This document shows positions 9,958 through 18,654 of a stretch of 64,000 nucleotides of DNA, in pieces. The notes under the pieces are model-generated. The model was not told where the DNA came from. It worked only from the letters and a program-made list of their open reading frames with translations, and ran no database searches. The translations under genes were made by a program, and so were the position numbers. Location: NCBI GenBank assembly GCA_964515055.1, contig CAZEUG010000008.1, forward strand, positions 1,786 to 65,785, read 5' to 3'. The stretch's first letter is position 1. Each line of letters opens with the position of its first letter. The DNA comes from an uncultured Oscillospiraceae bacterium (lineage in GTDB: Bacteria; Bacillota; Clostridia; Oscillospirales; QAMX01).

Positions 9958-10695
9958 ATGGATGTTTCGTCTCTCACCTTTAAGCTGGATGTCTTTGAAG
10001 GTCCGCTTGATCTTCTCATGCATCTGATTACCAAAAACCGTGTTTCCATCGATGATATCCCGATTGCCCTGATTCTGGATCAGTACCTTTCCTATCTGGA
10101 AACCATGCAATCCATGAACATCGAAGTGACCAGCGATTTCATCGTGCTGGCCGCGCAGCTCATTCTAATTAAATCACGGATGGTGCTGCCAAGGCCGGAG
10201 GCACCGGAAGCGGAGGATCCGCGCAGAGAGCTGGTTCAGCGGCTGGAGGAATACAAGACCATCAAACTGGCTGCATCGTGGCTTCAAAAGCGCGCCGACC
10301 GTCTGGGCGACCTGCTTACCAAAGAGGCGGAGCCGCTGCCGGGCCGCCCGACTTATCAGCGCCGCCATACAGAGGATGACCTGAGAAATGCGCTGGCGCG
10401 GATGCTGGCCGCCCAAAACGGACAGGAACAGCCGCTGCCGCCGATCTTTTCGGAGCTGGTCGGCCGCGAAAGTGAAACCATTGAGGACGCCGCACAGCGC
10501 GTGGTTGCACTCGTTCGTGACCTGCGCCGCATCAGTGTGACCGATATCCTGGCACAGACCGGGAACCGCCACGCCGCCATCGCGGCATTCCTGGCGTTGC
10601 TGGAATTGTGCCGGGACAGCGTGATTTATGTGGACGATGCGGATTGCGCATCGCTTGTCCCGACAGACGGGGAAACCAAAACAGAAACGGAATAA
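9958..10695 (+). CDS. scpA: Segregation and condensation protein A
   Basis: FEGPLDLLMHLI, LILIKSR and FLALLEL motifs; upstream of scpB. Confidence 0.93.
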   Translation: MDVSSLTFKLDVFEGPLDLLMHLITKNRVSIDDIPIALILDQYLSYLETMQSMNIEVTSDFIVLAAQLILIKSRMVLPRPEAPEAEDPRRELVQRLEEYKTIKLAASWLQKRADRLGDLLTKEAEPLPGRPTYQRRHTEDDLRNALARMLAAQNGQEQPLPPIFSELVGRESETIEDAAQRVVALVRDLRRISVTDILAQTGNRHAAIAAFLALLELCRDSVIYVDDADCASLVPTDGETKTETE

Positions 10696-10700
10696 AAACG

Positions 10701-11297
10701 ATGGAGTTTTATCAGTTAGTTGCAGCCGCGGAGGCCATCCTCTTTGCAGCCGGTGAACCGGTTCGCTGTGAACGGATTGCACTGGCGCTGGAAATCCGCG
10801 AAGAAGAAACCGAAGAAGTGCTGGCCGCACTGGCCGCACGCCTGGAAACCGAAAACAGCGGCCTGCGCCTTGTTCGGATGAATGAAAAAGCGCAGCTCTG
10901 CACCCGCGGCGAATATGCCTCCGCCATTCGCGTCGCACTGGAAACGCGGAAGCCTCCGGCACTCTCACAGGCTGCCATGGAGGTTCTGGCGGTGGTTGCC
11001 TACCGGCAGCCCGTCACACGCGCCTACATTGAACAGGTGCGCGGCGTAGACAGCGCGTATACGGTGTCGTCGCTTGTTGAAAAAGGCTTTATCGAGGAAG
11101 CTGGACGACTGGAAGTGCCGGGACGTCCGACACTCTTTCGAACAACGGATCAGTTCCTGCGTGTGTTCGGCCTTTCTGCACTGTCCGACCTGACACCGCT
11201 CCCGACAGAGGGAGCAGACGGGCAGCTGACCCTGCCGAATCCGGAACTGGAGGCGCTGGCCGAACAGCCGGAACGCGAAGCGTCCGAAAACGCCTGA
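10701..11297 (+). CDS. scpB: Segregation and condensation protein B
   Basis: EAILFAAGEP, LSQAAMEVLAVVAYRQPVTR and GRPTLF.TT.FL.VFGL motifs. Confidence 0.94.
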   Translation: MEFYQLVAAAEAILFAAGEPVRCERIALALEIREEETEEVLAALAARLETENSGLRLVRMNEKAQLCTRGEYASAIRVALETRKPPALSQAAMEVLAVVAYRQPVTRAYIEQVRGVDSAYTVSSLVEKGFIEEAGRLEVPGRPTLFRTTDQFLRVFGLSALSDLTPLPTEGADGQLTLPNPELEALAEQPEREASENA

Positions 11298-11319
11298 AAC
11301 CATCGAAAGGGAGGGAAGC

Positions 11320-12102
11320 ATGATCGTGCTGGCAGTCATTCTTGCCATTTTACAGGTTCTGCTCTGGCTGCTGATCGCAGTGGTCGGTCTGCTGGTACTG
11401 GTGCTTCTCCTGTGCTGCATACCGGTCGGAGCGGCTGCCTCCAATCTGCGCGGTGAGACATGGGCGTGGCTGAAGATCGGCTTCCTGCGCATTCGCCTGA
11501 CGCCTAAAAAACCGCTGACCGAGAAGCAAAAAGCAAAAAAAGAACGGAAAAAGAAACGAAAAGCCGAGAAGAAAACGCTGAAAAAGGCGAAAAAACAAAA
11601 GGCGATGGCAAACCGTAAATCGTCTGCGACTGCGGGAAAACACGCCGGGAAGCAGAAACCGCCCAAGCAAAAGGATACCAAACTGATGATTCGGGCGATT
11701 TTGGCCGCTCTGGCCGATTATGATGACGAATACCTGAAGCTCATCTGCATTCGACGCCTGAACGTGACCCTGATCATCGGCGGTGGCAGCCCGGAGGCGA
11801 CCGGAAAACGGTACGGAAAGGCAGCGCAGCTCTTTGGCTGGGTGTATCCGCTCATGATGCGCCGGATGAAGATCAGACACCATCAGATTGCGGTCCGCCC
11901 GGACTTTGTCACCAACCGCACAGCGCTTTTCTATGACGTGGTGGTAACGGTTCGGCCGATCTGCCTCCTGAAATCGGCGATTGTCTTCTGGCGCGCATTC
12001 TGCCGCAACCGCCGCATTTACCGGACACCCAAACAGGAACAGACCATTTCCATGGACAAGCGGCCAACCCCCGCAAAGGCGACCGCGCAACCAACAACCT
12101 GA
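11320..12102 (+). CDS. DUF2953/YtfI-like membrane-anchored protein
   Basis: N-terminal TM helix, Lys-rich linker, and position directly before ytfJ/gerW. Confidence 0.65.
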   Translation: MIVLAVILAILQVLLWLLIAVVGLLVLVLLLCCIPVGAAASNLRGETWAWLKIGFLRIRLTPKKPLTEKQKAKKERKKKRKAEKKTLKKAKKQKAMANRKSSATAGKHAGKQKPPKQKDTKLMIRAILAALADYDDEYLKLICIRRLNVTLIIGGGSPEATGKRYGKAAQLFGWVYPLMMRRMKIRHHQIAVRPDFVTNRTALFYDVVVTVRPICLLKSAIVFWRAFCRNRRIYRTPKQEQTISMDKRPTPAKATAQPTT

Positions 12103-12146
12103 CAAAAATGCTTTCTCCCGTCTCGGGGAGTTTGAGGAGGATTTTT

Positions 12147-12656
12147 ATGGCGGAGACTACGAAAAAAGTGCCAAACGGCGGAAACGGACAGCCCATCAGC
12201 AAAATGCTGGAAGCCACTCTGGCGAAGGTTCGGGAGCTGGGCGATGCGGAAACCATCATCGGCAAACCCGTTGTCACAGACGGCGGCGTCACGATTATCC
12301 CGGTATCCCGACTGACCTGCGGCTTTGGCGCAGGCGGCTCAGACTATAACACACGCCATAACGCAAATGCCGTGCTGTTTGGCGGCGGCGGCGGCGCCGG
12401 TGTTGAGGTGACGCCTGTCTCCTTTATTGTCATTCGCGGCGATCAGGTCGATGTGCTGCCCGCCAGTGGCACGGTGACGGCTCCGGCTGCGGCCAGCGGC
12501 ATCGTGGCCACCGTGGAAAAGGCCGTCGATGCATTCCCAGGCATTCTGGAAAAAATCGATGCCTTCCTTGCAGAACGAAAGGCGAAAAACGAAGCGCAGC
12601 AGGCCGAAAAGGATGCAGGCGAGATTCCGGTGGGCGGGACGGAAGCAGACGCATAA
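12147..12656 (+). CDS. gerW: GerW/YtfJ sporulation protein
   Basis: TIIGKPV, TIIPVSR..GFGAGGSD and GGGGGAGVEVTPVSFIV motifs; GAGGAGG RBS. Confidence 0.88.
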   Translation: MAETTKKVPNGGNGQPISKMLEATLAKVRELGDAETIIGKPVVTDGGVTIIPVSRLTCGFGAGGSDYNTRHNANAVLFGGGGGAGVEVTPVSFIVIRGDQVDVLPASGTVTAPAAASGIVATVEKAVDAFPGILEKIDAFLAERKAKNEAQQAEKDAGEIPVGGTEADA

Positions 12657-12680
12657 AATCGGATAGCCAGCCATATAGAT
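12651..12680 (+). promoter_or_regulatory. Putative sigma-E promoter of dacB
   Basis: gcATAaa-N14-CATAtagaT resembles the sigE consensus; dacB is sigE-dependent in B. subtilis. Confidence 0.55.
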
Positions 12681-12712
12681 GGAGCAAATCCATCAGAGGG
12701 CGGAGGAACCGA

Positions 12713-13798
12713 ATGCGAAATCGATGCTGGCTTGCGGTCATCATCCCTGTTTTGCTGCTGATACAGACGCCTGCACAGACCACAACGGCTGCATCGGGCG
12801 TATCCGCACAGGCGTATGTCCTCTACGATGCAGAGAGCGGCAATGTGCTCGCAGCGTCCAACGATGAACAGCGGCTGCCCTGCGCCAGCACAACGAAGAT
12901 CATGACGGCGCTGGTCGTGCTGGACACTCTGCCGCTGGATACCTGCGTCACCATCACGGAGGAACAGGTGCGCGTCGAAGGCTCACGGATGTACCTCCGC
13001 GCCGGCGAAACGGTCACGGTGTCGGATTTGCTCTATGGCCTGCTCCTGGCCAGCGGCAACGATGCCGCACTGGCGCTGGCCGAGGCCGCAGCGGGCTCAG
13101 CGGAACAATTTGCCGCTCAGATGAACCGAAAAGCAGCGGAACTGGGTCTGAGCCATACGCATTTTACAAATCCGAGCGGCCTGCACGAACCGGAACATTA
13201 CACAACGGCACGCGATCTGGCGGTGCTGATGGCTGCCGCCATGCAGAACCCCATTTTTGCCGCTATGACCGGCACAAGGGAAGCTGTCCTGACGGGCAGG
13301 ACGGTTGTCAATCACAACAAGCTGCTGCATCAGGTGCCCGGCGTCGACGGCGGCAAAACCGGTTATACGAAAGCGGCTGGCCGCTGCCTGGTTTCCACGG
13401 CGCGGCGCTGCAACAGACGGCTGATCGCCGTGACGCTGAATGCCCCGGATGACTGGAACGATCATGCCCGCCTGTATGCGTATGGTTTTGCACAGTATCA
13501 GCCGACTCTGCTCTCTGAAGGCATCATCTGCGATACGCGCTTGACACTCGTCGGCGGCCGCGAACCGTCCGTTGCGCTGACGGCCGCCCGCGTGGAGGTC
13601 TGGCTGACCCGGGAGGAGCAGCAGCAGCTGACACAGATGATTCTCCTGCCGCATTTTGAATATGCTCCGCTGCGCCGGGATTGCGCCGTGGGGCAAATCC
13701 TGTGGCAAATCAATGGCCGAACGGTTGCGTCGGCTGAACTGCGAACCGCAGAAACGGTACCGGGCGATTTCCCGGTGGTAGATCTGAAGCAATATTGA
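12713..13798 (+). CDS. dacB: D-alanyl-D-alanine carboxypeptidase (peptidase S11, DacB-like)
   Basis: Signal peptide; ASTTK, SGN and KTGYT motifs; scpAB-dacB-rluB synteny. Confidence 0.85.
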   Translation: MRNRCWLAVIIPVLLLIQTPAQTTTAASGVSAQAYVLYDAESGNVLAASNDEQRLPCASTTKIMTALVVLDTLPLDTCVTITEEQVRVEGSRMYLRAGETVTVSDLLYGLLLASGNDAALALAEAAAGSAEQFAAQMNRKAAELGLSHTHFTNPSGLHEPEHYTTARDLAVLMAAAMQNPIFAAMTGTREAVLTGRTVVNHNKLLHQVPGVDGGKTGYTKAAGRCLVSTARRCNRRLIAVTLNAPDDWNDHARLYAYGFAQYQPTLLSEGIICDTRLTLVGGREPSVALTAARVEVWLTREEQQQLTQMILLPHFEYAPLRRDCAVGQILWQINGRTVASAELRTAETVPGDFPVVDLKQY

Positions 13799-14563
13799 AT
13801 GGTGAGGGTTGGATTCTTGAAAGAACGAGTACAGAAGATAATTGCCGAACGCGGGGTCTGCTCCCGGCGCGCAGCCGAAAAGCTGATTGCCGAGGGCCGC
13901 GTTAAGGTGAACGGAAGGAAAGTGCTTCTTGGCGCTTCCTGCGATTCCAAAAACGATCTGATCACAATTGACGGCAAACGAATTGCCGGAAAACGCCAGA
14001 AGGATGTGTACCTGCTGGCCTATAAACCGCGTGGCTATGTGACAACTGCCTCCGATGATCGCGGCCGGAAGACCGTGATGGAGCTTCTGCAGGACGTGGA
14101 GGAGCGCGTGTATCCGGTCGGTCGGCTGGATATGGCCTCCGAAGGGCTGCTGCTACTGACGAATGACGGCGCGCTGGCGCGTGTCCTGACGCATCCGTCC
14201 TGCGGAATTGAAAAGGAATATCAGGTCACGGTTCTGGGTGACACGGAAAAAGCGATTCCGATGTTTGAAGCGGGGATGACGCTGGAGGATGGCTTCCAGA
14301 CGGCTCCGGCTCGCGTTCGCGTTGTGAAGCTGATCGACGAGAAAACCGTCCTGTCCGTCGTCATCACACAGGGACATAACCGCCAGATTCGAAAAATGTG
14401 CGAAGCTGCCGGCCTGACTGTGCGCCGCCTGGTTCGCGTCTCCATTGGCCAGCTGAAGCTCGGTGATATGCGCTCCGGTACCTGCCGCCCGGCGACACAG
14501 AAGGAAATCAATTACCTGCAGAGCCTGACCAGACAGACAGACGAAGAGGAAAAGCGGGACTAA
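13799..14563 (+). CDS. rluB: rRNA pseudouridine synthase, RluB family (start uncertain; TTG at 13817 is possible)
   Basis: S4 domain (SRRAAEKLI..GRVKVNG), YPVGRLD catalytic motif, and GHNRQIRKM. Confidence 0.88.
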   Translation: MVRVGFLKERVQKIIAERGVCSRRAAEKLIAEGRVKVNGRKVLLGASCDSKNDLITIDGKRIAGKRQKDVYLLAYKPRGYVTTASDDRGRKTVMELLQDVEERVYPVGRLDMASEGLLLLTNDGALARVLTHPSCGIEKEYQVTVLGDTEKAIPMFEAGMTLEDGFQTAPARVRVVKLIDEKTVLSVVITQGHNRQIRKMCEAAGLTVRRLVRVSIGQLKLGDMRSGTCRPATQKEINYLQSLTRQTDEEEKRD

Positions 14564-14592
14564 AAAAATCTGAGAAAAAGTGCAAAAGGGTC

Positions 14593-14621
14593 TTGACAAA
14601 CGACGATGAATCGTGTATAAT
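14593..14621 (+). promoter_or_regulatory. Sigma-A promoter of the tRNA operon
   Basis: Perfect TTGACA-N17-TATAAT with an A-rich upstream region. Confidence 0.85.
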
Positions 14622-14668
14622 ATATCTTGCTTGTGTTGCTTCACACGGTGTGCGGAGCGGGCAGATAT

Positions 14669-14745
14669 GGCGGCATAGCTCAGTTGGCTAGAGCATTCGG
14701 TTCATACCCGACAGGTCGTTGGTTCAAGTCCGACTGCCGCTACCA
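14669..14745 (+). tRNA. tRNA-Met (CAT), elongator type
   Basis: Cloverleaf GGCGGCA...TGCCGCT-ACCA; anticodon loop TT-CAT-AC; resembles Firmicute elongator tRNA-Met. Confidence 0.92.
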
Positions 14746-14786
14746 AACATTTTACAGGGTAGTGCCGCTGCTCTGTAAAATTATAT

Positions 14787-14861
14787 GGCCCGATGGTCAA
14801 GCGGCTAAGACACCGCCCTTTCACGGCGGTAACGGGGGTTCGATTCCCCCTCGGGTCACCA
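14787..14861 (+). tRNA. tRNA-Glu (TTC)
   Basis: GGCCCGA...TCGGGTC-ACCA; anticodon arm CCGCC-CT-TTC-AC-GGCGG. Confidence 0.95.
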
Positions 14862-14906
14862 CTTCGTCTCCTGTTGATCGGGAGACGAACTGCTATCTGG
14901 CAGTTT

Positions 14907-14982
14907 GGAGGCATAGCTCAGCTGGTAGAGCATCCGCCTCACACGCGGGAGGTCACAGGTTCGAGTCCTGCTGTCTCCACCA
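14907..14982 (+). tRNA. tRNA-Val (CAC)
   Basis: GGAGGCA...TGTCTCC-ACCA; anticodon loop CT-CAC-AC; T-loop TTCGAG. Confidence 0.93.
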
Positions 14983-15025
14983 AAAAAAGAGCCTTTTGTC
15001 TATGAGACAAAAGGCTCTTTTTTTT
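14983..15025 (+). terminator. Intrinsic terminator after the tRNA operon
   Basis: AAAAAAGAGCCTTTTGTC-tatga-GACAAAAGGCTCTTTTTTTT. Confidence 0.9.
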
Positions 15026-15029
15026 CACA

Positions 15030-15152
15030 ATGCGCGCGTGCGGCATGATAAGCACACCTTCGGTGCGTGAAGTGCCTACGGCCATGGATGACACACGGAA
15101 CTTCACATTGCGCAGCGCACAACATTTCACTACGCCGTGGCATAACTTCACC
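15030..15152. repeat. Degenerate short-palindrome (REP-like) tract
   Basis: Clustered mini-hairpins (GCACACC-TTC-GGTGCGTG; TGCGC-A-GCGCA) with recurring GTGAAGT/ACTTCAC words. Confidence 0.4.
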
Positions 15153-15154
15153 TG

Positions 15155-15486
15155 ATGAATCCGGATTGCACGAAATATTGCGAATGAGCCACGTCTGTGA
15201 TATCGTGTTCTTGAGAAGAAAAACGTGAGTCCGTCATCTTCAGCCAAATCGGCAGAAGTGGTACATCCATTGGTGCAATTATTCGGGATGCACAATATGC
15301 TCACGGGAAAGCTGAACTGATTGAAAAACTGCAAATTGCACTTCAGAAAGCAAAGATTGGTTCGAATTGCTTTTCAAAATAAATCACATAACCGAAGCGG
15401 AGTATCAATCACTTGACCCTACCTGCACAAGCATTCACATGATGCGAAGCTCTTCCATCGACACCGCAAAGGAGAACGCAAAATGC
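15155..15486 (+). pseudogene. Frameshifted four-helix-bundle protein gene (23S rRNA IVP/TIGR02436-like)
   Basis: One frame reads KRESVIFSQIGRSGTSIGAIIRDAQYAHGKAELIEKLQIALQKA. After a shift near 15355 it continues WFELLFKINHITEAEYQSL...AKENAK, matching the family signature RSGTSIGAN.EA...KL.IA.KE...WLELL. The 5' end is uncertain. Confidence 0.75.
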
Positions 15487-15774
15487 GGAAAAGGAAAAGC
15501 AGGCCGTTGGAAAACACAGAAAACGATGGCAACACACAGCTGTTCGGTGGTCATTATTGGCAAACAGAACGCGCGGGAAACGGAGCTTCACGCGCCCAGA
15601 CCTCCTGAGACGCATTGAATTGGATGCTCCTCAACCGGAAACGCCCGGCCTGCGACCTCCGCTGATGCACTCTCCGCGATTCAAAAAACGCATCCTCCAT
15701 CATCCGGGACGGTTCGTTGTGCCCGCCAGCTGTCGCAAGTCTGAGACAGCAATCCGCTGAGCATCTTTTCCACC

Positions 15775-15803
15775 TTGACATTTTCACGAACCTGTGATAT
15801 CAT
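15775..15803 (+). promoter_or_regulatory. Sigma-A promoter with extended -10
   Basis: TTGACA-N17-TATCAT preceded by TGn. Confidence 0.8.
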
Positions 15804-15807
15804 GAAA

Positions 15808-15979
15808 GGGCGACAGGGGCGTTGCTCTCTTCGTGATATCATGGAGATCAGCTCTCTTTGCGTGGGGCAGGGGTCGCTACCCTCTTTCTCTTTCTCTTCC
15901 TTTTCCTTTTCTCAAAGCGCTCCTGCCCCCTCAAACCTCAAAAAAACACCGTTTGCCGGAAAGACAAACGGTGTTTTTT
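15808..15979 (+). ncRNA. Candidate structured small RNA (~170 nt) with a CU-rich loop
   Basis: Own promoter, three hairpins and a terminator; no RBS-supported ORF inside. Confidence 0.6.
15940..15979. terminator. Bidirectional intrinsic terminator
   Basis: AAAAAAACACCGTTTG-ccggaaaga-CAAACGGTGTTTTTT between the candidate sRNA and the convergent methyltransferase. Confidence 0.85.
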
Positions 15980-16040
15980 CATGAACTCCAACTTCAAAAC
16001 AGGACAGCGGATTGTTGTCCAACAGACCGAAGCCGCGTGA

Positions 16041-17219
16041 CTACGCCTCCGGGTACAGCAGCCGGACGATCAACGGCGCATAGCCGAGCAGCTGACACAA
16101 CTCGTCCAGCTCTTTTTTGGCGTCGTTCCGGCGCTGTATCGCGGCAGATTCGCTCAGCTTCGCCCGACGGGAACGAATCAAAACATTCTTCGGCGAATGG
16201 GCAATGTCGATGAATTCGGCGACATCCGTCTTGTAGCCACAGCCCTCCAATGCACGGGCGCGCAGCGCATCCGTGGCCAGCGCCGAGAAGCGTTCCTTGA
16301 AAATACCGTATCGCGTCAGCAAATGGAGTGCCGGAGCCTGAATGCTGCCGTTTAACTCATGCTGACAGCAGGGGACAGCCAGAATATAATCGGTGTCCCA
16401 GGCCACTGCGTTGGCCAGCGCATAGTCGGTCGCCGTGTCGCAGGCATGCAAGGAGATGATCATGTCCGGCTTTTCATCCGGCGTATATCCGTGGATATCG
16501 CCGAGCTGAAAGGAAAGCCCGTCCATGCCGTGACGTTTGGCGAGTGCGGAGCAGTTACGGATGACGTCTTCCTTCAAATCCAGCCCGACAATCGTCGCAT
16601 CCACACCGCGCAGAACGGTCAGATAATGGTACAGCACAAAGGTCAGATAGCTCTTTCCGCAGCCAAAATCGATGATATTCCAGTGGCTCCGGTTGTCAGA
16701 ACGGACAATGTCATCGATGAACTCGATGTACCGGTTGATCTGCCGGAATTTGTCGTACATGGCGGAATGAACGTGCCCGTCACCGGTCAGGATGCCGAGA
16801 TCCTCCAGAACCGGGAATCGGTCGGATTCGCGGATGATGTAATTCTTTGCGCGGTTGTGCGACAAATCCGGTGCTGCGGCGGGCGCGGTCGCCTTCTGGC
16901 GGGAAATGAGCAGCTTGCCACTCTTAGAAAGCCGCAGCGAAATTGCCCCTGAATCCGTCATCGCATTCAAATCCCGGAAGGATGCGCCCAGCTCCTCGAT
17001 CATCCTGGCCGCCGCTTCCTCTGCAGTGCAGTTGGCGTGAAAAACCTGCTTGTCCGTGTATTGCTCCAGACGGTAGCCGTATTTGCTGGGCTTGCAGACG
17101 AGCTTTATGTACCTGCTGCCCGCAAGCGGGCTGGACAGGGTGACGCGCAGAGGCTGTGCGTCAAATAAACGGTGCAGCTCTGCCGTGAGCTGTTCCTGTG
17201 TTTGTGTGGTCAGATTCAT
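16041..17219 (-). CDS. SAM-dependent methyltransferase (Methyltransf_32-like)
   Basis: KFRQINRYIE, IIDFGCGKSYLTF, SLHACDTATD and VPCCQHE motifs. Confidence 0.88.
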   Translation of the reverse strand: MNLTTQTQEQLTAELHRLFDAQPLRVTLSSPLAGSRYIKLVCKPSKYGYRLEQYTDKQVFHANCTAEEAAARMIEELGASFRDLNAMTDSGAISLRLSKSGKLLISRQKATAPAAAPDLSHNRAKNYIIRESDRFPVLEDLGILTGDGHVHSAMYDKFRQINRYIEFIDDIVRSDNRSHWNIIDFGCGKSYLTFVLYHYLTVLRGVDATIVGLDLKEDVIRNCSALAKRHGMDGLSFQLGDIHGYTPDEKPDMIISLHACDTATDYALANAVAWDTDYILAVPCCQHELNGSIQAPALHLLTRYGIFKERFSALATDALRARALEGCGYKTDVAEFIDIAHSPKNVLIRSRRAKLSESAAIQRRNDAKKELDELCQLLGYAPLIVRLLYPEA

Positions 17220-17252
17220 AGATCGTTCGGTTCTCCCATACAGGCATCCGGC

Positions 17253-18587
17253 CTAAAAGGTCAGGACGCCGTTTTCGTCTTCCAGCAGGAGGAATATGTT
17301 TTCTTCCACGCCGGTGTTTGCATTGATATAGCAGAGATAGCGCTTGCCGTTGGAACCGGCTGCATGAAATTCATAGCAGAGGATTTCGTGCTGGCCGGGC
17401 GAAGGAATCACACAGAGCTGCCCGGTTCCCTCCGGCTCGAAGTCGGCAGAAAACCGGCTGCGCGCCTCTTCAAGGGACAGGGATGGGGTCAGACTGCGGT
17501 CGGTACGGTGATTGTTCAGATAGCCGGTGGCTTGAAAATATGTGACCTTGCCGGTGTCGGCTGCAACGCCGACCTGAATCAAATCGGGATATATCCACAC
17601 ATCGTGATCCGAATGGATGAAGTTGATATAGCAGATTCCGTTGCTGAGGTAGGCGTAGGAGGCCACCATGTCCGGATACCCGCGAGCAGTCAGGAACGCG
17701 GCGGCTGTCTTGGTGGCCTGTGCAGCATCGCAGGAAACGGCAGACGGGACAATTGACTGCGAATAGGAAATGACATGGCCGCCCACCGCCGTGACCGACA
17801 GAAACCGATTCTCCGCGTCTGTAAACGTGTACACGACCGGATCCTGCGTCTGCATATGCAGCGTCAGGGAGTCGACGGATACGCCGATGAACCGCGCCGC
17901 CCTCAATTTCGCTTCGGAGACATCAACTGCCAGGTCACCGACCTGTAAATACTGCGGAACCGCCTGGGAAATGTGGCTGGAATAGGGGCCATCGTAGATC
18001 AGCACAGGCGATTCCGGCAGTGCAGACTCCAATGCAGACAGCCCACCGGCGAAGGAAACACGCTGATGCTCCGAATCCAATGCCTCCGAAGCGGATACGT
18101 CAAAGAAACCGGACACGTCCGAATGCGCATACAGCTCCTCCAGCTCAGCGGCAATCTGCGAAGCCGTGTCGTTCAGCTGACGCAGACTCTGGCGCTCCTC
18201 CGCCGAGATAGCCTGCCCAGCGGCCGCAGACCGCGCCAGCGCGACGGAGAAATCTCCAACCTGTGAGATGAAGGTGGAGGTTCGCGCCAGCGAGACATCA
18301 GAGGTGGGCAGAACCGCCAACGCACTCTTGGCCGCTTCCGCATGGCGGTAAATGTTGGTGGCCAGCGTGACCAGCATCGAGGGACTCTGTGCATAAAGGC
18401 CCTTCGATAAGTCTGCGTCAATGCTGGCCACACTGCCGGTCAGCTCCGTGAACGCCCGCCGATATCCGAGCTCATATGCTCGTTGATATTTGGTCAGACG
18501 GCTGTGCAAGCTGACAATCAGCCCAATTGCAACAGCCAGAGCACCGGCCGAAAAAATCCAGATGAAAAGAGCTCCCTTTTTCTTCAT
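17253..18587 (-). CDS. ypeB: Germination protein YpeB (PepSY domains)
   Basis: N-terminal TM, FISQVGDFS, LIYDGPYSSH, YPDLIQVGVA.D.G and YINANTG.EE motifs; AGGAGG RBS. Confidence 0.9.
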   Translation of the reverse strand: MKKKGALFIWIFSAGALAVAIGLIVSLHSRLTKYQRAYELGYRRAFTELTGSVASIDADLSKGLYAQSPSMLVTLATNIYRHAEAAKSALAVLPTSDVSLARTSTFISQVGDFSVALARSAAAGQAISAEERQSLRQLNDTASQIAAELEELYAHSDVSGFFDVSASEALDSEHQRVSFAGGLSALESALPESPVLIYDGPYSSHISQAVPQYLQVGDLAVDVSEAKLRAARFIGVSVDSLTLHMQTQDPVVYTFTDAENRFLSVTAVGGHVISYSQSIVPSAVSCDAAQATKTAAAFLTARGYPDMVASYAYLSNGICYINFIHSDHDVWIYPDLIQVGVAADTGKVTYFQATGYLNNHRTDRSLTPSLSLEEARSRFSADFEPEGTGQLCVIPSPGQHEILCYEFHAAGSNGKRYLCYINANTGVEENIFLLLEDENGVLTF

Positions 18588-18620
18588 GATCGAGCAATCC
18601 TCCTGTTGAGAAACTACTTC

Positions 18621-18650
18621 TATCATGTGGAGAAAAACGGAAAATCATAC
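18621..18650 (-). promoter_or_regulatory. Putative sigma-G promoter of ypeB
   Basis: GTATG-N18-CATGATA on the minus strand resembles the sigG consensus; sleB-ypeB is sigG-dependent in B. subtilis. Confidence 0.7.
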
Positions 18651-18654
18651 GGTC

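Noticed and set aside
14746-14906. Hairpins between the tRNA genes
   Set aside because: Ordinary tRNA-operon spacer stems with no shared sequence.
14627-15334. ORFs overlapping the tRNA cluster
   Set aside because: They run across tRNA genes and their terminator; spurious.
15775-16213. Short ORFs across the candidate sRNA (Ser/Phe/Leu-rich, possible type I toxin)
   Set aside because: No RBS, the starts lie in the promoter or hairpins, and the composition simply reflects the CT-rich loop.
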